Below, one piece after another: positions 26,429-35,923 of a stretch of 64,000 bases of DNA; positions within the stretch are counted from its first letter, which is position 1, and the number at the start of each line of letters is the position of its first letter. A model generated the notes under the pieces. It searched no databases. It was not told where the DNA came from and was given only the letters and a program-made list of their open reading frames with translations. Source of the stretch: Dysgonomonas sp. (GTDB lineage Bacteria; Bacteroidota; Bacteroidia; Bacteroidales; Dysgonomonadaceae); the NCBI GenBank assembly GCA_047972895.1, contig JBKEBA010000070.1:50-64049 (forward strand), in the 5' to 3' direction. Position numbers and translations under genes: made by a program.

Positions 26429-29400
26429 TTATTTTTTCACATTCTTCACCCATTCCCTAGCATTCACAAATGCTTCCATCCAAGGGGTAAAATCATCTTT
26501 TCGGTTTTCGAACGGATAGTATGCACATTGCCAAGGGAACAAAGAACGTTCCAAGTGTGGCATAATGGCCAAATGACGACCATCTTTCGACTCCACTCCG
26601 GCAATATCATAATCTGAACCGTTAGGATTGCCCGGATATTCACTGTAGATATATTTCGCTATAACATTATATTCTGATTCTGCTTTCGGCATTGCAAAAC
26701 GACCTTCACCGTGCGCTACCCAAATACCAAGTTTGCTGCCCGAAAGCGAACCGAACATCACCGATTTATTCTGAGGTATTTCGACGCTTACGTAAGTAGA
26801 TTCGAACTTATGAGAAGCATTGTGTTCCATTTTTGGCTTCACATCGTGTTCAGGATATACTAAGCCTAGTTCCATCATCAATTGGCAACCATTACATACA
26901 CCAAGACTCAATGTGTCTTCACGTTGGTAGTATCGACGTAATGTTTCTTTTGCTTTTTCATTATACATAAAGCTACCTGCCCAGCCTTTTGCCGAGCCGA
27001 GCACATCGGAATTAGAGAATCCGCCACAAAAAACAATCAGATTTATGTCGTCCAATGTTTCTCTGCCCGATGCTAGGTCTGTCATATGTACATCCTTCAC
27101 ATCAAATCCGGCTAAGTATAATGAGTAAGCCATTTCGCGCTCTCCGTTTGTACCTTTCTCGCGGATAATAGCCGCTTTTACTCCAGTAGCCTCTCTCCTA
27201 TTCGGATTGATATCATAATGAGCAAAGCGACCAGCAAAGGAAGGATTAAATTTAGATTGAAGCGGTTGTTTTTTATAATTCTCGAAACGTTCAGCAGCAA
27301 GCGCCTCCCCTGTCTGCTTCTTATCAAGAAGATAAGACGGTTCGAACCAAACATCACGTAATTCGTCAACATTGAATTCCTGAACAAACGTATCTTTCTG
27401 AATCACAAATTTCCGATCTTCAATAGGACGTGCTACAATAGCAAAACCGATACCATAATCATCCAAAATCTTTTCTACCAAATGATGATGCTTCACTTGA
27501 AGCAAAACTCCAGGATTTTCAGAAAAGAGGATCTTTATCAAATCGGCATGGTGTAGTTTATCGAGGCGCGCCTCCAAACCACCTTTAGGATTGGCAAAAC
27601 ACATTTCGAGCATTGCCGTCACAATACCTCCTGCCGAGATATCATGCCCCGCAAGAATTAAACCCCTATCTATCAATTCTTGTACAGCTGTGAAAGCATT
27701 CTTAAAGTATTCAGTATCTTGCACTGTTGGTACTTCTTCTCCAAGTTTACTCATTGTTTGAGCAAAAGCAGAACCACCAAGCTTGAATGTATCGAATGAA
27801 AAGTCAATATAATACAGGTAAGTTCCTTTTATATAAGCCAATACAGGCGATACAATCTTACGGATATTCTTAACCTCACCCGCTGCAGAAATAATCACTG
27901 TACCCGGAGAATATACTTTTTCATCTCCATATTTTTGCGTCATTGACAGAGAATCTTTCCCTGTCGGGATATTTACACCCAATTCACAAGCAAATTCAGA
28001 GCAAGCCTCTACAGCTTTGTATAGCCTCGCATCTTCTCCCGGATTCTTACAAGGCCACATCCAGTTAGCACTTAAAGAAATACCTTTCAATCCATCTTCA
28101 ATCGGTGCAAATACAATATTTGTCAACGACTCGGCTATAGCCAATACCGAACCGGCAGCCGGATCGACCATTGCAGCCTGTGGAGCATGACCGATAGATG
28201 TCGCAATACCTACTTTCCCTTTATAATCGAGAGCTACTGCACCCAAGTCACTAAGTGGTAATTGGATTTCTCCCTGCGTTTGTTGACGAGCAACTTTACC
28301 TGTTACCGAACGGTCTACCTTGTTTGTCCACCAATCCTAACAAGCAACAGCCTCAAGTTGAAGTACATTCTTTATATAATCTTCGAGTTTAGATAAATCA
28401 TATTCAGGATTTGCATACAATTCATCTAAAGTATCATCTTGCATAATTGTTTTTGGAGCTTTTCCGAAGAAATCTTCCAGTTTCAAGTCAATCGGACGTT
28501 TTCCGTCAGCTTGCTCAAAAACAAATTTCATATCGTTGGTCGTCTCACCTACTACATACATTGGTGAGCGTTCACGTTCTGCAATGCGTTTTATCCGATC
28601 AGTCGCTTCTTCGGGGATAAGAAGCCCCATACGCTCCTGACTTTCGTTTCCTACAATTTCTTTCGATGACAATGTAGGGTCGCCTATTGGTAATTTAGAT
28701 ACATCTATCTTACCTCCGGTAGCTTCTACCAATTCTGATAAGCAGTTAAGATGTCCTCCTGCACCGTGATCGTGTATAGATACAATCGGGTTATTATCAG
28801 ATTCGGACAATGCACGGATAACATTCGCCGCACGTTTTTGCATCTCAGGATTGGCACGTTGTACGGCATTCAATTCAATACCACTTGAGTATTGGCCTGT
28901 ATCTACAGACGATACGGCACCGCCTCCCATACCGATACGGTAGTTATCTCCTCCGAGGATAACGACTTTCTCTCCGGGTTTTGGTTCGCCTTTCAGAGCA
29001 TCGCGCTTATTTGCATAACCTACACCTCCGGCAAGCATTATTACTTTATCGTAAGCAAATTTCTTTCTATTTTCTTCGTGTTCGAATGTCAGTAAAGAAC
29101 CGCAAATAAGCGGTTGACCATATTTATTTCCGAAATCGGATGCTCCATTCGAAGCTTTTATCAATATTTCCTCAGGAGTTTGATACAACCAAGGTCTTTC
29201 CTGCATAGTTTCTTCCCATTGCTTTCCCGCCTTAGTTCGCGGATAAGAAGTCATATACACAGCTGTTCCTGCAATAGGCAAAGAGGCTTTACCTCCACCC
29301 AGACGGTCACGAATCTCACCTCCCGAGCCTGTTGCAGCACCATTAAACGGCTCCACAGTAGTAGGAAAATTATGTGTTTCTGCTTTCAAAGAAATAACCG

Positions 29401-30118
29401 ACTTAATTGGTTTCACCTGAAAGAAACTAGGTTTTTCTCCATCCAACGGAGCGAATTGCTCTATCTCAGGACCTTGATTAAAAGCTACATTGTCTTTGTA
29501 TGCTGAAACTAATTTATTAGGATTGGTTTGTGATGTTTTCTTTATCAGTTTAAAGAGAGAACTTTCTTTCTCTTCACCGTCTATGATGAACGTTCCATTG
29601 AATATCTTGTGACGACAATGCTCTGAATTTACTTGTGAAAATCCAAAAACTTCACTGTCGGTCAGTTTACGTCCTAATCTTTGGCTAACACTGTCTAAAT
29701 ACTCTATTTCGTCTTCACTAAGAGCCAAACCTTCTTTCTCGTTATATGCTTTGATGTCATCGATTTCGATTATCGGCTCAGGCTGTTTATTTATTGTAAA
29801 AACATCCTGATTTAATCCATCATATATCCTTTGCAGCATTGGGTCGTGCTCTGCATCGTTAGAATTGGCAGAAAAAAACTCTTCTATACGAACAATACCA
29901 TCGATACCCATATTCTGGGTAATTTCTACGGCATTGGTACTCCAAGGTGTAATCATTTCTCTGCGCGGACCAACAAAAAAGCCTGAAATCTTTTCAGTTT
30001 CAAGCAGAGTCGCACCACTAAAAGCCCATGTCAGGCGTTGGATAAAATCATCGTTAAGTCTCGTGTTTGTCTGAACAGCAATAATGCTCTTGGAAGAGGT
30101 CTGAAAGAAAGAAACCAT
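26429..30118 (-). pseudogene. purL: Phosphoribosylformylglycinamidine synthase (large single-chain PurL) with one in-frame TAG
   Basis: The ORFs at 28337-30118 and 26429-28246 are in the same frame. The only interruption is TAG at 28337-28339 ('LEAVAC*DWWTNKVDRSVTGKVA'). The C-terminal glutaminase motif 'GVCNGCQ' is present. Confidence 0.85.
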
Positions 30119-30233
30119 ATTTTATTTCAAGTTAGTAATTGACTTTGTAATAGGCATACAAAGGTAGTGAAAAGAAGTAATATCTAGACAATCAATAATT
30201 GGAAATCTACTTTTATTTTATGTATCAGATTCA

Positions 30234-31163
30234 TTACTTCCAATTACTTTTGATTCTTAGTTTTATAGTCCTTAGATAATCTATTAAATCGAATTTAGGT
30301 TTACCTAATAGCTTTAGTGTAGGTTTTATAAAAGACATGGCTATTCTATTTTGTGCTTTCCAGAATTTCTCAGCTTCGCGCCTTACCTGATCTCTATTTT
30401 TAGGATATTGTGATATTTTCTTTCGAATATCTTCTATCGTATAATCTGTCTCTATTATTCCCGGAATTTTATCTGTATAAAAACCTTTTTCCGAAAATAC
30501 GGCACATCCATTTAACGGTGCATGCCAAAATCGCCCCGAATATGTACAATCGCGCTGAAATGGATACATAAAACCAAATGCAAATTCTGACTGTGCGTAT
30601 ATAAAAGAAACATCATTCAACTCTGCACCGCCATGATATAATTCAGAATTCAAAACACCCTCCCATCTATTCCCCCAAACATCAACTTGCATTACTTTCA
30701 AGGCATTATAAAATAGCCCTTTGAGTGAATCAGATTCTGTTATCGGCTTAAAATGACCTATATGCACGCTTCTGTACTTTATATCTTTGAGCTTTTGCAT
30801 CCAGATAGACGCTTCTACCGGGAGTAGCATTGTGCATATCTGGTTGTTTGGAAAGCCTAGTTCGTGAATAATTCTTTCTCTCCTCTTCTCGGAGGTAGTA
30901 TAAATATATGTTTTAGTCCAATCTACGCCTTTTATAAATTCGTCATATTCACGTCCTAGATAATCATAGATATGGATAAGACTATAATCGTATGACGATA
31001 AATCTATAGAGATATCGGCTGCTCGCGTCATTATCAATAGGTCAGCCGCATCAAGAACAGCCGAAAACCGCACCCGGATACCTAAACGACCATAAAACCT
31101 TACTAAATTGTATGCTATATCCCTATCTATTCCGTCAGGTCCATAAATCAACCCTTGCCACAT
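30234..31163 (-). CDS. Hypothetical protein (possible glycosyltransferase-like fold)
   Basis: 309-aa ORF divergent from ugd. Only a weak resemblance to CgeB/GT1-like C-terminal domains. Confidence 0.35.
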   Translation of the reverse strand: MWQGLIYGPDGIDRDIAYNLVRFYGRLGIRVRFSAVLDAADLLIMTRAADISIDLSSYDYSLIHIYDYLGREYDEFIKGVDWTKTYIYTTSEKRRERIIHELGFPNNQICTMLLPVEASIWMQKLKDIKYRSVHIGHFKPITESDSLKGLFYNALKVMQVDVWGNRWEGVLNSELYHGGAELNDVSFIYAQSEFAFGFMYPFQRDCTYSGRFWHAPLNGCAVFSEKGFYTDKIPGIIETDYTIEDIRKKISQYPKNRDQVRREAEKFWKAQNRIAMSFIKPTLKLLGKPKFDLIDYLRTIKLRIKSNWK

Positions 31164-31410
31164 ATTTGCTATGCTCTTATTTCTAACAATTTATATAATA
31201 CAAAACCATACCATAGAAACAAAGTTAATAAAAAGACAAGCAAAATAATATTTTGAAGTCAACAACTTAAAGAAGCTCATATAACTTATAGTATTGACAC
31301 ATCTATTTTTACTGATTAGGCGAGTTTGGTTAATAGATTTAATATTATATTTGCATTTTGAAAGCAATAACAAACATCTTAACAAATACAAAGAACAAAA
31401 TCATAAAAGA

Positions 31411-32733
31411 ATGAAAATAGCTATTGTTGGTACAGGTTATGTAGGATTAGTTACTGGGACTTGCTTTGCAGAAATGGGTACGGATGTTTACTGTGTGGAT
31501 ATCGATCAAAAGAAAATCGATAACCTAAAGAATGGTATAATCCCTATTTTTGAACCCGGACTCGATGAAATGGTAGAACGCAATTACAAAGCAGGACGAC
31601 TTCATTTCACTACCGATTTAAGCTCTATTCTAAATGAGGTTGATATTGTATTCTCAGCTGTAGGGACTCCTCCGGATGAAGACGGTAGTGCTGATCTAAA
31701 ATATGTATTAGAAGTAGCCCGTACTGTAGGACGCAACCTTAATAAATACATGGTTGTAGTTACAAAAAGTACAGTTCCGGTAGGCACAGCTAAATTAATA
31801 AAGAAAACTATACAAGACGAATTAGATAAAAGAGGTTTATCTGATCTCAAGTTCGATGTTGCTTCAAACCCTGAATTTCTGAAGGAGGGGGCTGCTATTA
31901 CAGACTTTATGCAACCTGACCGCGTTGTAGTCGGTATTGAAACAGAGGAAGCCCGCAAATTGATGGAAAAACTATATAAACCATTTACACTAAATAACTA
32001 TCGCATCATATATACAGATATTTCTTCTGCCGAAATGATAAAATATGCAGCTAACGCTATGCTGGCTACTCGCATTAGCTTTATGAACGATATAGCGAAT
32101 CTCTGTGAAATAGTAGGAGCAGATGTAAATATGGTGCGTAAAGGTATAGGAGCAGATGCCCGTATCGGCTCAAAATTTCTCTATGCAGGATGTGGTTATG
32201 GAGGTAGTTGTTTTCCTAAGGATGTTAAAGCCATTATAAAAACGGCTAAAGATCTAGGGCACAGAATGGAAATACTAGAGGCTGTAGAAAAAGTAAATGA
32301 TAATCAGAAAAATATACTCTTCAACAAATTGATGAAGTATTATAACAATGATATAAAAGGAAAGACTATCGCTATATGGGGACTGGCCTTCAAACCTAAA
32401 ACAGATGATATGCGTGAAGCTCCTGCATTGATACTGATTGACTTAATATTGAAGGCAGGTGCTAAAGTAAGAGTTTATGATCCTGTAGCAATGGAAGAAG
32501 CTAAAAAACATCACTTAGCTGACTCTGTGACTTATGCAAAAGATATATATGATGCTACACTAGATGCCGACGCAATATTGATGGTTACCGAATGGAATGA
32601 ATTCCGCTTACCAACATGGGACGTCATAAAGAAAACAATGGTGAAACCTGTTGTCTTTGATGGAAGAAATATATACAATAAGCAAGAAATGAACGAAATA
32701 GGATTTGACTATTTCGGAATAGGCATAAAGTAA
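31411..32733 (+). CDS. ugd: UDP-glucose 6-dehydrogenase
   Basis: 'MKIAIVGTGYVGLVTG' Rossmann start (the track's start at 31294 is over-extended). Catalytic 'GGSCFPKD'. Confidence 0.9.
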   Translation: MKIAIVGTGYVGLVTGTCFAEMGTDVYCVDIDQKKIDNLKNGIIPIFEPGLDEMVERNYKAGRLHFTTDLSSILNEVDIVFSAVGTPPDEDGSADLKYVLEVARTVGRNLNKYMVVVTKSTVPVGTAKLIKKTIQDELDKRGLSDLKFDVASNPEFLKEGAAITDFMQPDRVVVGIETEEARKLMEKLYKPFTLNNYRIIYTDISSAEMIKYAANAMLATRISFMNDIANLCEIVGADVNMVRKGIGADARIGSKFLYAGCGYGGSCFPKDVKAIIKTAKDLGHRMEILEAVEKVNDNQKNILFNKLMKYYNNDIKGKTIAIWGLAFKPKTDDMREAPALILIDLILKAGAKVRVYDPVAMEEAKKHHLADSVTYAKDIYDATLDADAILMVTEWNEFRLPTWDVIKKTMVKPVVFDGRNIYNKQEMNEIGFDYFGIGIK

Positions 32734-32792
32734 TAGTAAAAACACAGGCTATTCAAAAATTATTTTGAGTAGCCTATTTTATATAATAACAG

Positions 32793-33464
32793 ATGATTAC
32801 AGTAGAAGGGATAACAAAAAGTTTTGGTAGCCTCAACGTATTAAAGGGTATAGATCTACACGTAAAGAAAGGTGAAATAATATCTATCGTGGGTGCCAGT
32901 GGTGCTGGAAAGACTACCCTTCTGCAAATAATCGGAACACTGGACAAGGCTGACAGCGGCTCGGTATATATAAACAATGAAAATCTAAGTAAACTTAATG
33001 ACTCGCGCTTGTCGGACTTCAGAAATAAAAATATCGGATTTGTTTTTCAGTTCCATCAACTATTACCAGAGTTTACTGCTCTTGAAAATGTGATGATTCC
33101 AGCACTGATAGGAAAAACGAAAGAATCTCAAGCTAAAAGTAGAGCTAAAGAACTCTTGGATATGCTTGGCTTGGCAGATCGTATAGAACATAAACCCAAC
33201 GAACTGTCGGGTGGCGAGAAACAACGAGTGGCTGTTGCTCGTTCATTAATCAACAATCCTGCAGTAATTTTAGCAGACGAGCCCTCCGGTAGCCTGGATA
33301 CAGAAAACAAAGAAGAACTGCATCAACTTTTTTTCAAGTTGAGAGATACCCTCGGACAAACATTTGTTATAGTCACGCATGATGAACATTTAGCCTCTAT
33401 CACAGACCGTACAGTCCACATGAGAGACGGACTCATAATAAACAACGAACCTGTTGCCTTGTAA
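32793..33464 (+). CDS. lolD: ABC transporter ATP-binding protein, LolD/MacB-type
   Basis: Walker A 'GASGAGKTT', signature '[13 protein letters not shown]', Walker B 'ILADEP'. Confidence 0.8.
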   Translation: MITVEGITKSFGSLNVLKGIDLHVKKGEIISIVGASGAGKTTLLQIIGTLDKADSGSVYINNENLSKLNDSRLSDFRNKNIGFVFQFHQLLPEFTALENVMIPALIGKTKESQAKSRAKELLDMLGLADRIEHKPNELSGGEKQRVAVARSLINNPAVILADEPSGSLDTENKEELHQLFFKLRDTLGQTFVIVTHDEHLASITDRTVHMRDGLIINNEPVAL

Positions 33465-33466
33465 TA

Positions 33467-34237
33467 ATGAATATATCTGCTGATAAACTTCTTTATCAGA
33501 TAGCCCTCACGAAAATACCGGGAGTAGGTGACATCACAGCCCGAAACATACTACAAGTAGTCGGAGATGAAGAAGAAATATTCAAATCGAATAGAAAAAC
33601 ATTATCAAAAATACAGGGACTGGCCTCTAGACTTGTAGATGAAATCCTAAATCCAATAGTTTTAAGAAAGGCCGAAGAGGAATTAGCTTTCATCGAAAAA
33701 AGTAATATATCTACGTTTTTCATCTCCGATAAAAATTATCCTCATCGCCTGAAAGAATGTATAGATGCCCCTATTCTACTCTATTTCAAAGGAAATACAG
33801 ACTTCAATGCCGATAAAGTTATCAGTATTGTAGGTACACGCAACTCGACTACTTACGGAAATAATTTCTGTGACTCTTTTATAGAAAGTGTGTCCTCTAA
33901 CCTACCAGACACACTAATCATCAGTGGATTGGCTTATGGAATCGATATACAGGCACACAAATCTGCATTAAAGTATAATTTACCTACAATCGGAGTGCTT
34001 GCACATGGATTGGACAGAATTTATCCTCCTGTTCATCGGCAGACAGCAAAAGATATGCTCAACAACGGAGGAGTACTTACAGAGTTTCCGAGTAAAACGG
34101 AACCTGATCGTTTCAATTTTGTACGTAGAAACCGTATTGTTGCAGGTATGGCAGATGCTATAATTGTAGTAGAATCAGATAAAAAAGGAGGTTCTCTTAT
34201 TACAGCAGAAATCGCTAATTCTTATTATAAAGCGTAA
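33467..34237 (+). pseudogene. dprA: dprA (smf) 5' fragment: codons 1-253 plus 3 element-derived codons and a stop
   Basis: 'LTKIPGVG' SAM-like domain. Rossmann core 'IVGTRNST.YG', 'SGLAYGID' and 'DKKGGSLITAEIA'. The protein ends prematurely at '...ANSYYKA*'. Confidence 0.9.
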
Positions 34238-34404
34238 AATTATTAGTAGTTCTTTTTTGTGTGTAAATTATTGATAATTATACATTTACACAGGATAAAA
34301 ATATTTATAATAACCTAATAATTAAACAGTTACATATTGTGTATATAAGATATTTTTAGTAACTTCAAGTAATAATTCAGTAAATAACCACTAAATTAAA
34401 AACT

Positions 34405-35301
34405 ATGGAGTTAGTAAATTACAATGATGTATCACAATTAAAGAACAGTATTTTTGATTGTATAGATGTTACCGAGAACACACGGAAAGAGTATCTGACC
34501 CGGATTAAACACTTTATCCATTTTGTAAAACTACACGGAATTAATTCCAATACTTATTTAGAGTATAAACGCTATTTAAGTTCTATCGACACGCTAAGTG
34601 TTTCCACAAAGAATAAGTATCTAATTTCCGCTAAGATTTTTATTGATGGTCTGAATAACTTACAACAATTCCCTTTCCAGATTAATACAAAAGTAAGAGG
34701 ATTTAAACAAAGTAAGCTACACAAGAAAGATGGTCTTTGTGATGAGGATATTTCTAAGATTGTAGATTATTGTTCTTCATTAGAACCAACAATTCAAAAC
34801 CTGCGATTAAAGTCTATTTTATCATTACTAATATTTCAAGGTTTGCGCCAAGTAGAAATAACACGTCTAAATGTAACCGATATTAACATGAAAGATAAGA
34901 CCGCTTTTATTATCGGAAAAGGACAGGACGATAAAGAGCTTATTCATTTGCATCCCTCAACCATTAAAGTATTAAAAGAATATCTACACACAAATAGAAT
35001 AAGAGAGGGGGCAGTATTCCGAAGCGGAAGTAATTTCTCTTCGGGTAGTCGATTAACGACAAAATCCATTCGAGAGATAATCAAAAAAGTTCTAAACGAA
35101 TTAAATATTGACGGAAGTACCCACGGCTTCCGTCATTTTTTTATAACCAAATTAATAAAATCCTATAAAGGTGAATTATTGACCGTTTCTAAATACAGCC
35201 GTCATAGAAGTATTCAGATGTTAGAAGTCTATAATGACGAGATAATAAGAGAACAGGATTTGCCGCGTTTTTACAACGTATTTAGCGATATTACACTATG
35301 A
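34405..35301 (+). CDS. Tyrosine recombinase, XerC/D-like (298 aa)
   Basis: N-terminal SAM-like core-binding region. Catalytic 'GLRQVEITRL', 'HGFRHFFITKL' and 'SRHRSIQMLEVY'. Confidence 0.8.
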   Translation: MELVNYNDVSQLKNSIFDCIDVTENTRKEYLTRIKHFIHFVKLHGINSNTYLEYKRYLSSIDTLSVSTKNKYLISAKIFIDGLNNLQQFPFQINTKVRGFKQSKLHKKDGLCDEDISKIVDYCSSLEPTIQNLRLKSILSLLIFQGLRQVEITRLNVTDINMKDKTAFIIGKGQDDKELIHLHPSTIKVLKEYLHTNRIREGAVFRSGSNFSSGSRLTTKSIREIIKKVLNELNIDGSTHGFRHFFITKLIKSYKGELLTVSKYSRHRSIQMLEVYNDEIIREQDLPRFYNVFSDITL

Positions 35302-35864
35302 GTGATATAAATACATACGACAGAAATATTTATTGTTTAGAGGGTAACTGGAATAAGAATCCACGAAGCCATCAGAGTGTAAAACCGATGTTGGAATTAC
35401 TCCGCACTTTTGCCAATATCAAATATGTATATTATAAATGTGATACTAAAGATGAATTCTTTTACCGCCTGCAACAATTTACAAAAGGAACTTATAAAAA
35501 CTATCCTATACTATATTTAGCGTTTCACGGACGCACAAATCGAATTATTGTAGAAAATCAACATATAGCATTAAAAGAGATCGCAACGGCTTTAGAGGGC
35601 AAATTAGATAACAAAATCGTACATTTTGGAAGTTGTTCTACTTTGCGTACCTCGGAAAAGAATATCCAAAATTTTATAATTGCTACAAATTGCCAGTTTA
35701 TTTCGGGTTATCGAAAATTTGTAGATTATATTGATGCTTGTGCGTTTGAATTACTATATTTTGATTTGTTGCAAAAATATAAGTCTGTAAGGAAAATTGA
35801 TTCTGAAATTTTCAGTTTGTCTTCTCAACTGACAAATAACAAATTGAAATTTGTTATGTATTGA
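35298..35864 (+). CDS. Hypothetical 188-aa protein with a His...Cys dyad in a caspase/CHAT-like strand context
   Basis: An ATGA start/stop overlap with the recombinase indicates translational coupling. 'ILYLAFHGRTN' ... 'KIVHFGSCST'. The fold assignment is inference only. Confidence 0.45.
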   Translation: MSDINTYDRNIYCLEGNWNKNPRSHQSVKPMLELLRTFANIKYVYYKCDTKDEFFYRLQQFTKGTYKNYPILYLAFHGRTNRIIVENQHIALKEIATALEGKLDNKIVHFGSCSTLRTSEKNIQNFIIATNCQFISGYRKFVDYIDACAFELLYFDLLQKYKSVRKIDSEIFSLSSQLTNNKLKFVMY

Positions 35865-35870
35865 AGCAAA

Positions 35871-35897
35871 AACGCCAGTAATTAAAATACTGGCGTT
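35871..35897. terminator. Bidirectional hairpin terminator between convergent genes
   Basis: 'AACGCCAGTA'-attaaaa-'TACTGGCGTT', with T-rich runs on both strands. Confidence 0.7.
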
Positions 35898-35923
35898 CTT
35901 GTTTTTATGTATTTGTCAATATA

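Noticed and set aside
28337-28339. The idea that TAG is reassigned (an alternative genetic code) in this organism.
   Set aside because: TAG terminates several well-defined genes in the window (for example 749-1804 and 8439-9194) at sensible protein ends.
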